NCBI RefSeq assembly: GCF_032062105.1
Contig: NW_026930542.1
Location: 248,001-312,000 of the forward strand
Source: Saccostrea cucullata
Taxonomy: Eukaryota
DNA length: 64,000 bases
Direction: 5' to 3'
The notes under the pieces were generated by a model, which saw nothing but the letters and a program-made list of their open reading frames with translations, ran no database searches and was not told where the DNA came from. Below are positions 1 to 12,700 of this stretch, one piece after another; within the stretch, counting starts at the first letter, position 1, and each line of letters starts with the position of its first letter. Position numbers and translations under genes: made by a program.

Positions 1-115
1 GTTTTCTATGGGGTCCAAGGTTTTTTTTTTTTAATTTTAGTCAGTATATAATTAAAATAACTGCAAAATCCAGAGGGGATCTCTCCTGGACCCCCACCTT
101 CTAGATCTGCGCATG
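1..115. mobile_element. Right end of a MITE (..CCCCC..TCTAGATCTGCGCATG)
   Basis: Resembles a MITE terminus I recall as common in bivalves; the partner TIR lies outside the window. Confidence 0.35.
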
Positions 116-194
116 AAATAAGGGATGGGGTGGGAGTAAAAATTGAGAAGCTACATAATGTCTGGAAGCTTTCCGAAAATGAGTTTCATCTTTC

Positions 195-358
195 CCAGTA
201 CCCAAGGATGTTTTGTGCCAACTTTGGTTAAAATTTGACCAGTGGTTTCTGGGAAAAGGTCGACATATTGAAAAGTTTAGAGACGAAAGGACAGACTCAG
301 GAGTACAGGCGACCATATAGAAAAGCTCTTTTGAGTTTACAGCATGTTGAACTTAAAA
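195..358 (-). mobile_element. Degenerate 5' end of a HINE (non-autonomous Helentron)
   Basis: Similar to the reverse complement of the intact 5' end at 60547 (cccaaggatg..agaaaagctc..ttgag..). Confidence 0.6.
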
Positions 359-1444
359 CTGATACATGTTCATGCCCTGCACTGGTGTATCATAATGGGA
401 ATCGGATAAAACTTTAGGAGGAATATCTGCAATATCAGTTGAAACGTTTCTGACAATACTTTTTATCGTCCTCGAATTTATATAGCAATCGTGGCAACAT
501 CGAATCGTAAAATTGTAGAATTATGTATACAGTATCAATATCTTGACATACATGTAGTCTGCTTATATGCCAAATATTGAAATCGATACAAAAGAAAAGC
601 ATAAAATTTATTATTTTATTATTATTTTATTCATTATTTTCTGAAATAAAATATTCACGGAGGGAGACCTACAGTTTGACAGGCAAACAATAAGTACTTA
701 AGGAAGTTGACCAGCATTTTGAGTTCTGGTTTTAGGACAAGAGAGCTAAAAAATAACGTGATGTCCAAACTTCACAGCCGGATAACTAGCGATTTAAAAT
801 TTACAACTTACTGACTCCTTGATCATTATTTCGATAGCATAATCACACTGTGGTCGACTTTCCTTCCGCTAAATGAAGTTTGAAAGGAAAAAAAATCATA
901 GAGAATATTTGATGGATTAGAGTATCTTAAAAGGGAGAAATGGTTTGGTTCTGATTAAATTAAAGAACATCAGATCGATATTCATTACCGTATTATAAAA
1001 AAGCTGAGCTTAGATGCTCCGTCAACAATAAACTTCATTTTCTTTTCAAGCCAGAAAAATATTTTGACAATACATAAATTAAATCAAGATTTTTCGGTTA
1101 GTGTGTGTAAAATTACTGTTTCACGTCCCACGGAGCTGATAAAAAGGTCCATTAAACGCTTTGCTTCTCTCTTCATTTTCACATTTTATAACATTACCTC
1201 CTCATAATTACCTTTCATAACTTTTTTTACACTACATCTTGATCTTGTCACGACATTAGTAATGAAAAGATCAAAGATAAATAATATCCTTCAAGAAAAT
1301 TAACAAAAGTCCAAAATATCAGGCAATAAATGGACTTATTTACGATCCCTGGGACAGTGTAACACCAATTTAAATTCCTTATGTGGACCAAACATATCAG
1401 TCTGAATGTGACCTATATTGTCTCAGAGAATTTTCATTGGATGC

Positions 1445-1680
1445 ATACCTGGGCCCAAAATCATAAACTGAGAACAGACTTAAGTCAAAATTTCAAAACA
1501 ATATAACTTTCGAAATAATTTTGATAACAAAATAAAATTTTCAACATATGTTTCAATTCAAGTATTTTGCACAGCTGCAAACTCCTAAGCTAATACATCA
1601 AATGGAACTGAGGATATTAAAAATTAAAATTTTGACTTATGTCTATTCTCATTTTATGGTTTTTGGGCCTGGTATGTATG
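1445..1680. mobile_element. MITE with ~50-bp imperfect TIRs (PIF/Harbinger-like GGGCC ends)
   Basis: catacctgggcccaaaatcataaactgagaacagacttaagtcaaaattt pairs with aaattttgacttatgtctattctcattttatggtttttgggcctggtatg. Confidence 0.65.
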
Positions 1681-1789
1681 GATAATAACACAATTTTGAG
1701 GCTATATGCATACATTTGCTGGAGAAGTGAATAAAGTTTAGGAAAATATTTTCATTAAACAGCATTTTTTTAAACAAAGATGCATGAAT

Positions 1790-2985
1790 TGTATGTAAAG
1801 GATATATGGATATTTGTCTATGTATAGGGCGTATGGATGATGTTTTAAAATATGGATAATGTGTAAAGGATGTATAGAGAATATCTGTAGGATGTGTGGA
1901 CAAAGTGTAAAGGATGTATAGAGAATGTCTATAGTATGTGTGGATACTGTGTAAAGGATGTATAGAGAATGTCTGTAGGATGTGTGGATACTGTGTAAAG
2001 GATGTATAGAGAATGTCTGTAGGATGTGTGGATACTGTGGAAAGGATGTATAAATAATATCTGTAGGATGTGTGGACAAAGTGTAAAGGATGTATAAAGA
2101 ATGTCTGTAGTATGTGTGGATATTTTGTAAAGGATGTATAGAGAATGTCTGTAGGATGTGTGGATAATGTGTAAAGGATGTATAAAGAATGTCTGTAGTA
2201 TGTGTGGATACTTTGTAAAGGATGTATAGAGAATGTCTGTAGGATGTGTGGATAATGTGTAAAGGATGTATGGAGAATGTCTGTAGGACCAGTGGATAAT
2301 GTTTAAAGGATGTAAAAGAGAATATCCGTAGTATGTGTTGAAACTGTGTAAAAGAAGTATGGAGAATGTCTGTAGAATGAGTGGATACTGTGTAAAGGAT
2401 GTATAGAGAATGTCTGTAGGATGTGTGGATACTGTGTAAAGAATGTATGGAGAATGTCTGTAGGACGTGAAGATAAAGTGTAAAAGATGTATGGAGAATG
2501 TCTGTAGGACGAGTGGATAATGTGTAAATGATGCATGGAGAATGTCTGTAGGACGAGTGGATAATGTGTAAAGGATGTATGGAGAATGTCTGTACCTAGT
2601 GAATAATGTTTAAAGGATGTATAAAGAATATCTGTAGGATGTGTGGATAAAGTGTAAAGGATGTATAGAGAATGTCTGTAGTATGTGTGGATACTGTGTA
2701 AAGGATGTATAGAGAATGTCTGTAGGACGTGTGGATAATGTGTTAAGGATTCATGGAGAATGTCTGTAGGATGTGTGGATAAAGTTTAAAGGATGTATGG
2801 AGAATATGTAGGATTGTGGATATTTATAGGATGTATGGAATATGCCAGTAGGGCGTTTGGATAAATGTTTTAAGGAACTGTGGATAGTGCCGGTAGGGGC
2901 TAAGAGCGCGTGAAATATCGATAGTGCCTATTTGTAGGATTTATGTTTAATGTTTAAGGGATGTATGGATAGTGCCTGTAGGATT
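1790..2985. repeat. 44-bp minisatellite (22+22 dimer), ~25 units
   Basis: GGATGTATAGAGAATGTCTGTA/GGATGTGTGGATACTGTGTAAA repeated; the edges are degenerate. Confidence 0.95.
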
Positions 2986-4639
2986 CCTATCCTTTTACAT
3001 GTTCCGGTCATTTTGACCTCTTTTTACTCAATGAATGATTTAATTAGAGGAACGTGATTTGTCTTACAATGTCTAACAATGATCAGCCTTTTAAGAATGA
3101 CAATACTGAGGATAAATTTAAGACCATTTGCCTACAGCCTTACATCAGAGAATTTTGGTGCTTCGGATGCCTCTTATATATACATGTGTAACACAGAATT
3201 ATGTAAAAATTTCTTCTCCTATACATTCTTTGATATAGTCTAAGAGAGATAATTCCCAATCCCAGTACCTTTTCAGAGTAGCTGTATTTCAGAGCCGTAT
3301 AAAGGTTCTTGTTGAGGTGGATGATGTAAGATCGGTCGCGGAATGTTCTTGTAATAAAAAAATTTTGACTAACGCCTTCTCCATTAAATTTCAAACCACT
3401 CGAGACAAGGAGTTTATCCTGGAACATCCAGAATACCCAATATATAGTTTATTTTAGAAAATCTTCAAAATTCACAAAACCAAATACGTTTATGAATAAT
3501 TCATACAATATCTTATTTTTTCTGAATTTAAGAGATGTCTTTGGGGAAACGTTTTTAGACCTCTTCTAATAAAAATAAATGTCGCAATGATCAAGAAAAA
3601 AAAAATACATAATATTTCTAAAAGAAATTAAGCGTTTAAAATTTTCAAACGTTCAAATTTAGATTTTCATTTTCAAACACTGTATATATTCGAATTATCA
3701 TAAACGATATCTTGATAAATAATCAATTTATTACATGCATGAATATGTACAATCAAAGTGATATGCATACTTGTATTATTTATGCATATTATTAAGTTTA
3801 GGCCTACTCGTAATATATATGCAGGCCCCGTAGGAAGCAACTATTCCGGGGGTTGGGGGTGGCGGGTTCTCATTTAACGTAATATTTTGGGAAAAAAGTG
3901 AAAAACAAATATACAAAGTATTGACTTCTTATAACACAAGTGAGAAAAAAAATTGATGTCGTAAAGATAATGTACACAAAAAAAGCACAGTTTAATCTAA
4001 ATCGTCTTTTAAAAGGCGAAAACTACATAAAATTGTTCCCTTTTCCTCCCTTTTTCAACCCAACACGCAAAATTTAACATTCTTCAATGGAAATCACTTA
4101 AATAATAATATAAATATCAATATATAGAGTAAACATCTGAATAATAGAGAATTAAGAAAACTTCATTTACCTTAAAGCTAGACAATATTGCTCAAAGAAA
4201 AGTGCCTTCAGTGCTTGCTGTCACGGATTCCGCATTTGGTCTGAAAACCTAAATAATAAGTTGACAAACCCAAGGTCTCTTCTTCTCACAGGTAAAAATG
4301 TATATGTACAGAAAATGTTACAGGAAATACTGTCATTTCCGCGAGTATGAAAGAAGTCACAAATCTTGTTCATGTTTGGAATAATTAAAATGTAGACTGT
4401 AATAATTGTGTTATAGAGTAGATTTCTCCAGATAAGAGTTCAGTCACACAACAGACTAACTAAACTTACCACGTAATCCGAAACAACAAAATAACAACAA
4501 CAAAAAATATGCGCATCGAAAAAGTTGTATTCAAGTCTTTGAAAAAAAAAAAGCCACACTTACGCATAGTTTTTTTAATTTGTGTACAATGATATTGAAG
4601 ATAAAGAACAATATAATCAAGCTCAAAAGTCCTTTGAAA

Positions 4640-5200
4640 TAAAAAATCGGGAGCAGAGCAAACGCGGGACTCGAAAAACAACACAAGGGGGGGTCAAGTG
4701 CCAAGTGGAGGAGTGAGCATCCCCTATCGACTGGTCAACACTACCGTGGTGCTCCTTGCCATGACCAGACAAACGGACAAATCCGTAGATAACCCACTCT
4801 GTAATAGTGCCCTAACAATCGGCATGAAAAACGTCAGTGTTGTATTTTCTAACATGGTCATTGTATCGACAACAGAACTTAGAAAATTCTGATCTTCAAC
4901 AAGACTGTTGAGAATCTTGTTTTATCAACTTGTTTGTCAATATCTTGCCTTGTAAAATAAAAGGCCTTTTTGTAGAAAAGTATTCAACTATGAAACAGAT
5001 GTGTCAGCCTCTTAGTATTTTTTATTTCAAATTTACTGCAACATATGAATGGAAGTATCTACTGGTAACTGATAATGCATCCTCGATATATGGTATTTAA
5101 ATGTCAAGTTGTATGCACGACCAGTTTTAATTTTCTCTTTCTCATGTATTTTCGGACTCTTGCAGATGAAAGAAGGATACCCCAATTCTAAAGAAATGAA
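4640..5200 (-). mobile_element. Decayed Penelope-like retroelement (RT C-terminal part and 3' end)
   Basis: The minus strand gives broken remnants resembling FxxTFRYIDDVLS..FHSYV..EIK and LTNKLIxQ..KFxxRYN, followed by a ..GACCAGTCGATAGGGGATGCTCACTCCTCC..GGCAC.. 3' motif typical of this bivalve repeat family. Confidence 0.6.
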
Positions 5201-6746
5201 AAAAAATGTTTATGTTTTGCTATGGGAAACTCCAAATATGTCTCTAACCAAAAGATAAAATAAGAGGTTCACAATGACACTATGCCATATAGATTCTTTG
5301 AACGTCTCACTGAATTTTATCGTTTCACAGGATGAGCTCCTGATGAAATACTGGTACCTCCAATGTTATAGAAAGAATGATAGTGTTGAATTTTCTTACA
5401 TGTCAGATCAGACCACATATAGATAGGAGGTCCACAATGGCACTATGTAATACTAGTAAACATTCTGTCGATGTCTTATTGGATTTTATTCAGTATTATG
5501 GGAGAATTTATGGATATTAGATGGGTTCTCCCAAGAACTAACAGACATACGTTTTTAAGTGGGGGTATAACAAATGACATGGTCTATACCAGTTTTTAAG
5601 GTGGGGGTATATTAATAAATGACATGGTTTATACCAGGGGTTTACCTTTATTGTGGCTTTATCAGAACATTCAAAATCACAATGGATGCTGATATAAAAA
5701 GAAAGACAACTCTATAAATCAGCTGATTGGATTGTATTAAATAACAATAACACGCTGGATTTTGATTCATACAGTGACATCATATCCAGCACACTAATAC
5801 CCTAAACATTCACAAACATCATCAGGAGAAAATCTTATTCAATGTAAAATGAAATGCATGCAGAATTGAAACAAAAAAATCAGACTCAATATTTACAATA
5901 AGTTCATATCATATTGCTCATAGAATAAATAATTCCTCTACGATCTAAAGGTTCAAATTTAAAAATTTGTATCTAAAAAAAATTAGATTATTCCTCTACA
6001 TCAAAATTAAAGTTTCACATACATGAAATTTGAATATTATCTTTGATACTTTGAGTATGTTAATAAAAAAAAAATCATAAAAAATTATTATTGACATTAT
6101 TTAGCTAATAATTATATCATTGTTTTTCAAATATTGTGAATAATTGCCAATCACAAAATCGCAAAATTTACTCCAATAATTTTATAGATATTTTTTTTTT
6201 CATCCAAATATTAAGTAGACATTTCATTTTGAAAATTGTCTTATGGAACAGTACATTTCTCAACTCATACCTAGAAAATTTAACACTTTGTTTTAATTAC
6301 TGGAACATTATTTGAGATCAGTTTCATATTGTAAATATCATTTTCTCATAAATAATGCATGTACATGTACAAGCATGTGTAACTCTATTTAGCTAGTCCC
6401 AAATTACAATACTAAATCATTACTTCAAACAGACATGGCTACACGTTTATAATTCATTAATTATTTCACAAGGGTCCAGATTCTCTATAGTATATATCGC
6501 TTCTTGCAAACGAAAACTTTGGACTTCCTTTTTGACAGATTAACAATATCAGATTATGCATTACATCTGACAAAGCTGTATGAGTCCTGCTATATACTGA
6601 GGTACTGGTGTGTCATTAGTGTCTGACAATGTTGTTTGATTCCTGCTTCTGAGGTACTTGTGTGCCAGGGTTTCTGACAAAATGGTTTGAGACCTGCTTT
6701 GTGGTTCTGGTATGTCATGGGTGTCTCCATATATTCTCAAACATTC

Positions 6747-9700
6747 TTAATATCCATGTGGTGATTTCGATTTGTCTGAAAAAAAATATGTAAAACCTTT
6801 AAAGACTTGTAACAATATGAGCTTATATTTTCACATCAGAAATATTTTTATAGTACATGTATTGTGATTATAAATTAAAGGTGTTTTTGTGTTAGAAAAA
6901 ATAGAGACAGCTCCAATGAAGAAAGACGACATTAATGTCTATCTGTACAAAAATACCCTCGTATATTTCTTATGGACAAGTAATACTTAGCATTCCTTAT
7001 AACAATTTTTTTTTCTTCTGAATAACATTTTTGTCTTATAGATAATAGAGTTTAAGTTACATGTACATGCAGCATAGGCATAATAGCATTTTAAATTAAA
7101 ATTTACAGAATTCACAAAAATCTCTGAAAATTCAGGTAACACTGCTTTAACAAATTTAAACAAAGAATCTATTGTGATTAAAAAATAAACATTATGAAAA
7201 AAAAAAACCCATCTGCATGGACTAGATGTATTATATATTTAAACCAATTTTAACTGAATGTCTTGATATATGAACAAAGCATCTTCACAAGTTTCTTTAT
7301 TTTTTCGCGTGTGCTGTCTTGTAAAATCAATTCCAGGTGACAATCCTTATTTATCTAAATCATTATCTATTCAAAATAAATACAGTAAAACACAATTAAA
7401 ATGAAATGCCAGGTACTGACGATTTTGCTTCGTAATTCATTACATCCATGAAGTTTATAATTTATTTCAAAGTCATGGGGAATGAAAATCAATTTATGCA
7501 TCAATTTAAAAACCATTGTACGAATCAATTAATTATGAGCATGCTTGCCTTAAGATTGTTTTACTGTGTTTATCATAAAAATAGGTTTATTTAGAACAAC
7601 CTTCAAAATAGAAATTATAACTATGAAACAGTTTTCAATGTTTTCGAAGTCCACCAAGAGAATTCATGGGGATTTTTTTCCCAAGTCTTTTTTGCTTTAC
7701 TACAAGCCAAAATCATATCCTATTAAAGATTACCAGGTATGTAGAAAACGTTACTTCATTTTTTTTTTTAGAGGATCTTTAACTGACAAACTAGAGCAAA
7801 AAAAAAAAAAAAATAATTATAATCTCTCATCATCGTGACTGAAAACTAACAATACAATGAATTTAAAAAACAAATAATTACGACATCATAAATGAATCCA
7901 TAAGTGCACATTTCAGGCTCCCTACTCTAAGGTTATTCAATTACCAGTAAATACAATAGAATGATTTTGCAAAGAAGGAATAAAAGCAGAACTTGCCAGG
8001 AGGCAGTGAAAATGTTACAACATTCCCATGAAAACAATAAAAGAAGATCAAGTACATTATATACAACATAAAAGAACATTGCTGCTGTTGTTTACTAATA
8101 GAATATACATGTAGGTTAACTTTGTTATGTCAAACTTCGATATCTCAAATACCATGGATATTTCAGAGAGAGTTAAAAGTCCCAACTTATATTCTAAATT
8201 AATTGTAATCCCAATATCTAGAATCCTCAGGCTTTTTTTCTTGGCCTCACTGAATTACAATGTGCAAGAAGGATCTAACCCGAAAACTGATCAATACCCC
8301 CTCTTTCTATATACATGTATATATTTTAGCAAACCAAATCACAATATCAAGAAAGTATTTTCCCAACATTACAGGAGCTCAATGTATCAATATAATGTTA
8401 AAATATCCTATGGCAGGTCAATAACTTTTTTTACTTTTAAAATGCACCAAATTCCCGCCAAACCCAAATCATTCGTTTGCATTCTGTTCTTGTTTGTGAC
8501 TTGTGATTTTTTTTGTTTGTTTGAAATTACTAAACGAAAATAAAATTGTCATGTGCAGATTATTTCATGTGACAGTTGTGCAGTATGCAGAACAAGTTAC
8601 ATAATTTGCTATCTAGGGTTAGTGTTACATACAGTGAAGTCAATGTGGCAACAGATCACGACCCTAAGACACAGAAGAAGTACCAGACAAGGACATTACC
8701 TGAGTACTGGCTGTTGTTGAAGGGATGGTGCAGAAGAGAACTGCTAGTGTATGGGGGGTACAGCCCTGTAACGCCATCAGAAAGCAAAGCGTGGGTTAGA
8801 CATTATACAGCAGCATCAAATAACAGTCACTGGCTAAATGATATCACAGGTCTCAATATGATTGTTAGATATACATATAGGCAACTGATGCTCTTATTAC
8901 TGGAAGTTTTAAGACATGGAGAAAAGCAAAGTGCAAAGAAAGATTTATTATCAGAGGAAGTTTCTAGTAATTAAGAAATGAATTAGCTTTTGAATGACTA
9001 CGTAATCAAACTTAATTTGAAATTGTTTGCAGAATTGATTTTAAACAAGAAATCTTTAAAACCATTATCTTTATCATGTAATGGTACTTTTTTTCTTTTC
9101 TGAAATGTTTTTTCACAATACTACCTTCAAAAAATAAATTCAAGTGTGGTTTGAATTTCATGTGCAATAAATTTACATTAAAACACAAGTGTTCACATAG
9201 TTTAATTCCTGAAAGTTTTGTTAACCAGCTGTGCAGAGACACATAAACACACAGATTTATGTAATGATAAACTTCTGATACACTAACGATATTAGACGGT
9301 GCACTTGCTACATGTATAACAAGATATGATAAACACTTTTGATAAATACAGGTGAATTCTTACCTGGATGAGGTTGTCTTGTCTGAAGTAGGGGGTTCGG
9401 CATGCCAGGTAACAGGGGGCTAGTGGGAGGATACATACCTAAAAAATTTTTTTATAAAATCTTATAAAATCTTCTCATGTGATTGAGCATTTAATTCTGA
9501 AAATTTCTTTATATGCCATAAAATCAATGATTTTTTTTTTTTTTTTAAACATGTATATGAAATGATTTAAAATAGAAAAAATGACAAATTAATATTTCTA
9601 ATTTTACAAAAATAAATAACTTGTACTATAATAATGAATGTACAAACCACCAGGGGACACAACTGAGGGAGGAGGTAAACTGGAGGAGGCTGCTGATTCC

Positions 9701-12700
9701 CTGGAAAAGTTGGAGAGTTTCAGGGTCTGGTACCCAGGAGCAGGGTTAGGGAGCGAGGGACTTATCATTCCTCCAACAGTGGACTTATGCTGGACAGTGA
9801 TGGGGGGCACATTCCAGTTCTGGGGGGATATCCGCTGCTGGGGTGAGGATTTGTTGTACACAGAAGACGGGGATACAGGTTTCCCTTGGTAACTGGTGGG
9901 CGAGATCTGTTTCACTTGGGAATGTGAAGAAGATGATTTAGAGGCTTGGGAATTAATCATTTGTTGGATGAGCTCAGCAGTTTTACTGTCCATTTTAGGA
10001 ATTGGATTACTAGGGGACACTGAACTCTGTCCTGCTGGTTTTTGAACTTGCATAGGTGATGTTTTTGACACTGAAGACATTTTGTTTTGAGAGGCTCCCT
10101 GACCTGAGGGGGCACCTGCTGCGGCCTGGACGACTCGCCCTGTACCTGTGGTATTGAACAGAGACTGGGCTGGCCGACTGCTGGCTGAAGACGAGGGATA
10201 CATCACTATTGTTTTTATTTTATCACTTTTTGGTTCTGAGGTTGACGCTTTCATCATTCCACTAGCACCATGCATAATATTGCTAGGAGTGTTTGGTTTG
10301 TTAGCATGTGCTGGAGGTAGATTTACTCCACTTTCCATCAGGAATTTTCTATATACATCATCACTTATAGTTGGTCGTTTTGTATTGGGAGACTGGGCTG
10401 GTAAGCTTGTCTGAGGTTTGCTTTGATGAGCTGGAGGGGCCATCGTTTTGACCTCTGGTTTGACCACCCCCTGATGGGAGAAGGCTGGGGTGACAGGTTT
10501 TGCCTGATGAGCAGCCACTGACTGGAGTCTATTCAGTAGCTGCTGCTGAGTGTAAGATTTAGTCTCTAGTGTTAAATCTTTCTTTTTGGGACTAACTTCC
10601 TGAGTTTTTCCTGCTTCCTCTGACAATTGTCTCTGAATCAATGGGGAAACAAAAGTCTGAAATTGTTCCATGTATGATTTGCTGCTAGCATTAGATTGAT
10701 CAGATTTCTTCTTGCTGTCAGGTATTTGAGGAGTGAGTGATGCCCTTAGTATGTCATTGACCTCGTGACCCCAAGATTTGTCTAGGTATTTCTGATTGGC
10801 TGCTGACGAGGCCAACAGGGACAAAGCATCAGAGGATATATTCACTTCTCCGAGTTTTGATGATGATCCAGATTGCGGAGAAATGCTAAGTTTAGTCGCA
10901 GACTGTGGAGAAGCACTAAGTTTAGACGTAGACTGCGGAGAAACGCTAAGTTTAGACACAGATTGAGGAGAAACATTAGGTTTAGCAGGTTGTTTTCCAG
11001 CGTAGTTATGAACAGCCAGGGGGTCAGGCTTTGATGATTGACTGGGTACTTCCATCTTCTCTTTGTTAGAATTTTCCTCTGCTGGGGGATGGAGAGAGGA
11101 GGATCCTGGTACAAACTTAGAGGTGGTAGATGACGACTGAGAGTTTTGTGTTGACTGCATGGAAGAGGTTTTGTTTACTGTCAAATTTGCTTGCTTCTTC
11201 ACTTTTTGTCTAAAAAATGACAATTTTTACAATGTAATTTTTAAGAGATGAATCAGTACATAAAACTTGAAGCAGTAAATTATTATCAGAAAATCTGAGC
11301 CTTATTCCAGAAGAAATTATCACTTGGTACATGTACTTACACATTTGTCCACTGTAAGTGAACTGCTCTGCTCTCTTTTATCAAATTCCTGAAATAAAGT
11401 CTTGAAGTTAATATCAATGTATCTTAAAACAACAGGTGTGTGTTAAACACAGACACACTGAGAGTGGATATTTCCATTGAAAAAAAAAATGAATTGAAAG
11501 GGCTGAATAAAATAAAATACAAAATATATATAAACTGCTCAATTGGATCTACTGCACATATATAATAATAATAATAATAATAACTAGAGCAAAGCTCGTT
11601 GCAAAGCAACGAGTAGGTCTTCCGTCCTGTTTTGACCGGAAGTGACGTCAACAAAAGAAAGCAATGAGCTAAGTTGTGTCCAGTCACTTTATAATTTCAA
11701 TTTTGCATCAAAACCTTTAAAAATAAGCTTTGTTTGGCTACTTCCGGTTTGACCGCAAGTGATGTCGACGGACAGAAAATTACGTTTTATGCTTCCAGTG
11801 ACATTTGTGATCCAAAAACTTGTCAAGAACGGTAAAAATATGCATTTTCTAACGACTTCCGGTTTGACCGGAAGTGACGTCGCTGGACGCATTTTGACGA
11901 CTTCAATAGATTTAGCTTGACATTTTGAACAACTTTGCTTCTTGGACGTATTACAAATTCTCAATACTTTTTGAGATATCTGGAAAAAAATTTTGGACCC
12001 TCTAGATCCCTTAATTTAGGGGTCAGCCCTTTTTCCGAGATATCATTTGAAAGATCTTCTAATTCTGCACAAATTTTGTTCTATACGTTTTAACAAAATA
12101 TTTTTAGTTTAGAGGATAAAAAGCAAAATATGAGTAATTTTTAGCTCTTTTAAGCGTTCTAATTTTTGACCCCTATATAGCGCCATTTTGAATAGAGAAA
12201 TCGAAAAACAAAAACCGATGTGCACAACTTCAATCCTTCTATTATCTAAAATCAGTAGAATTTCTGCTCCAGCTTTAGCCGTCTCTGAGCCTTTGTCTGG
12301 AAACGAAAGCCTATAAATTTTCGTTTAAAGGGAAATAACTCAAAACCGGAAGTGACTTTTTGAAATTTTCGACAGCATTCTGATAGAGTTTAGTAACTTC
12401 TAGAACCTCTGAAAATTTGAGTGAAATCAGTTTAGAAATGAGTGAGATATGAGGCTTCAAAGTTGGCATCTAGGAAGTAGAAGAAAAAAAAAAAAGAATA
12501 ATAATCTTTACCAACAGAATCAGTACAAGGTCTTCCGTTGGAGATGGAAGACCTTAATAATAATACTTTATTTTAAGAGGGTAACCTGATTAGTGCAATG
12601 CACTATAAGCATGTTCACAATAATACAATAATAAAATCATTGTACAATAATAAATAATACAACATGATGTAAAAATACAAGTACATATAGATTTCAGGAG

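Noticed and set aside
1649-2536. ORFs 1649-1903, 1738-2079 and 2303-2536
   Set aside because: Translations of the 44-bp minisatellite.
3140-3450. Exon-like open frames on both strands
   Set aside because: No recognisable homology or consistent splice partners; cannot be supported.
4170-4470. Possible minus-strand non-coding exons (donors near 4170 and 4468)
   Set aside because: Splice-like motifs only; no coding evidence.
8576-8974. 132-aa plus-strand ORF
   Set aside because: No recognisable motif; antisense to a UBN intron and mini-exon.
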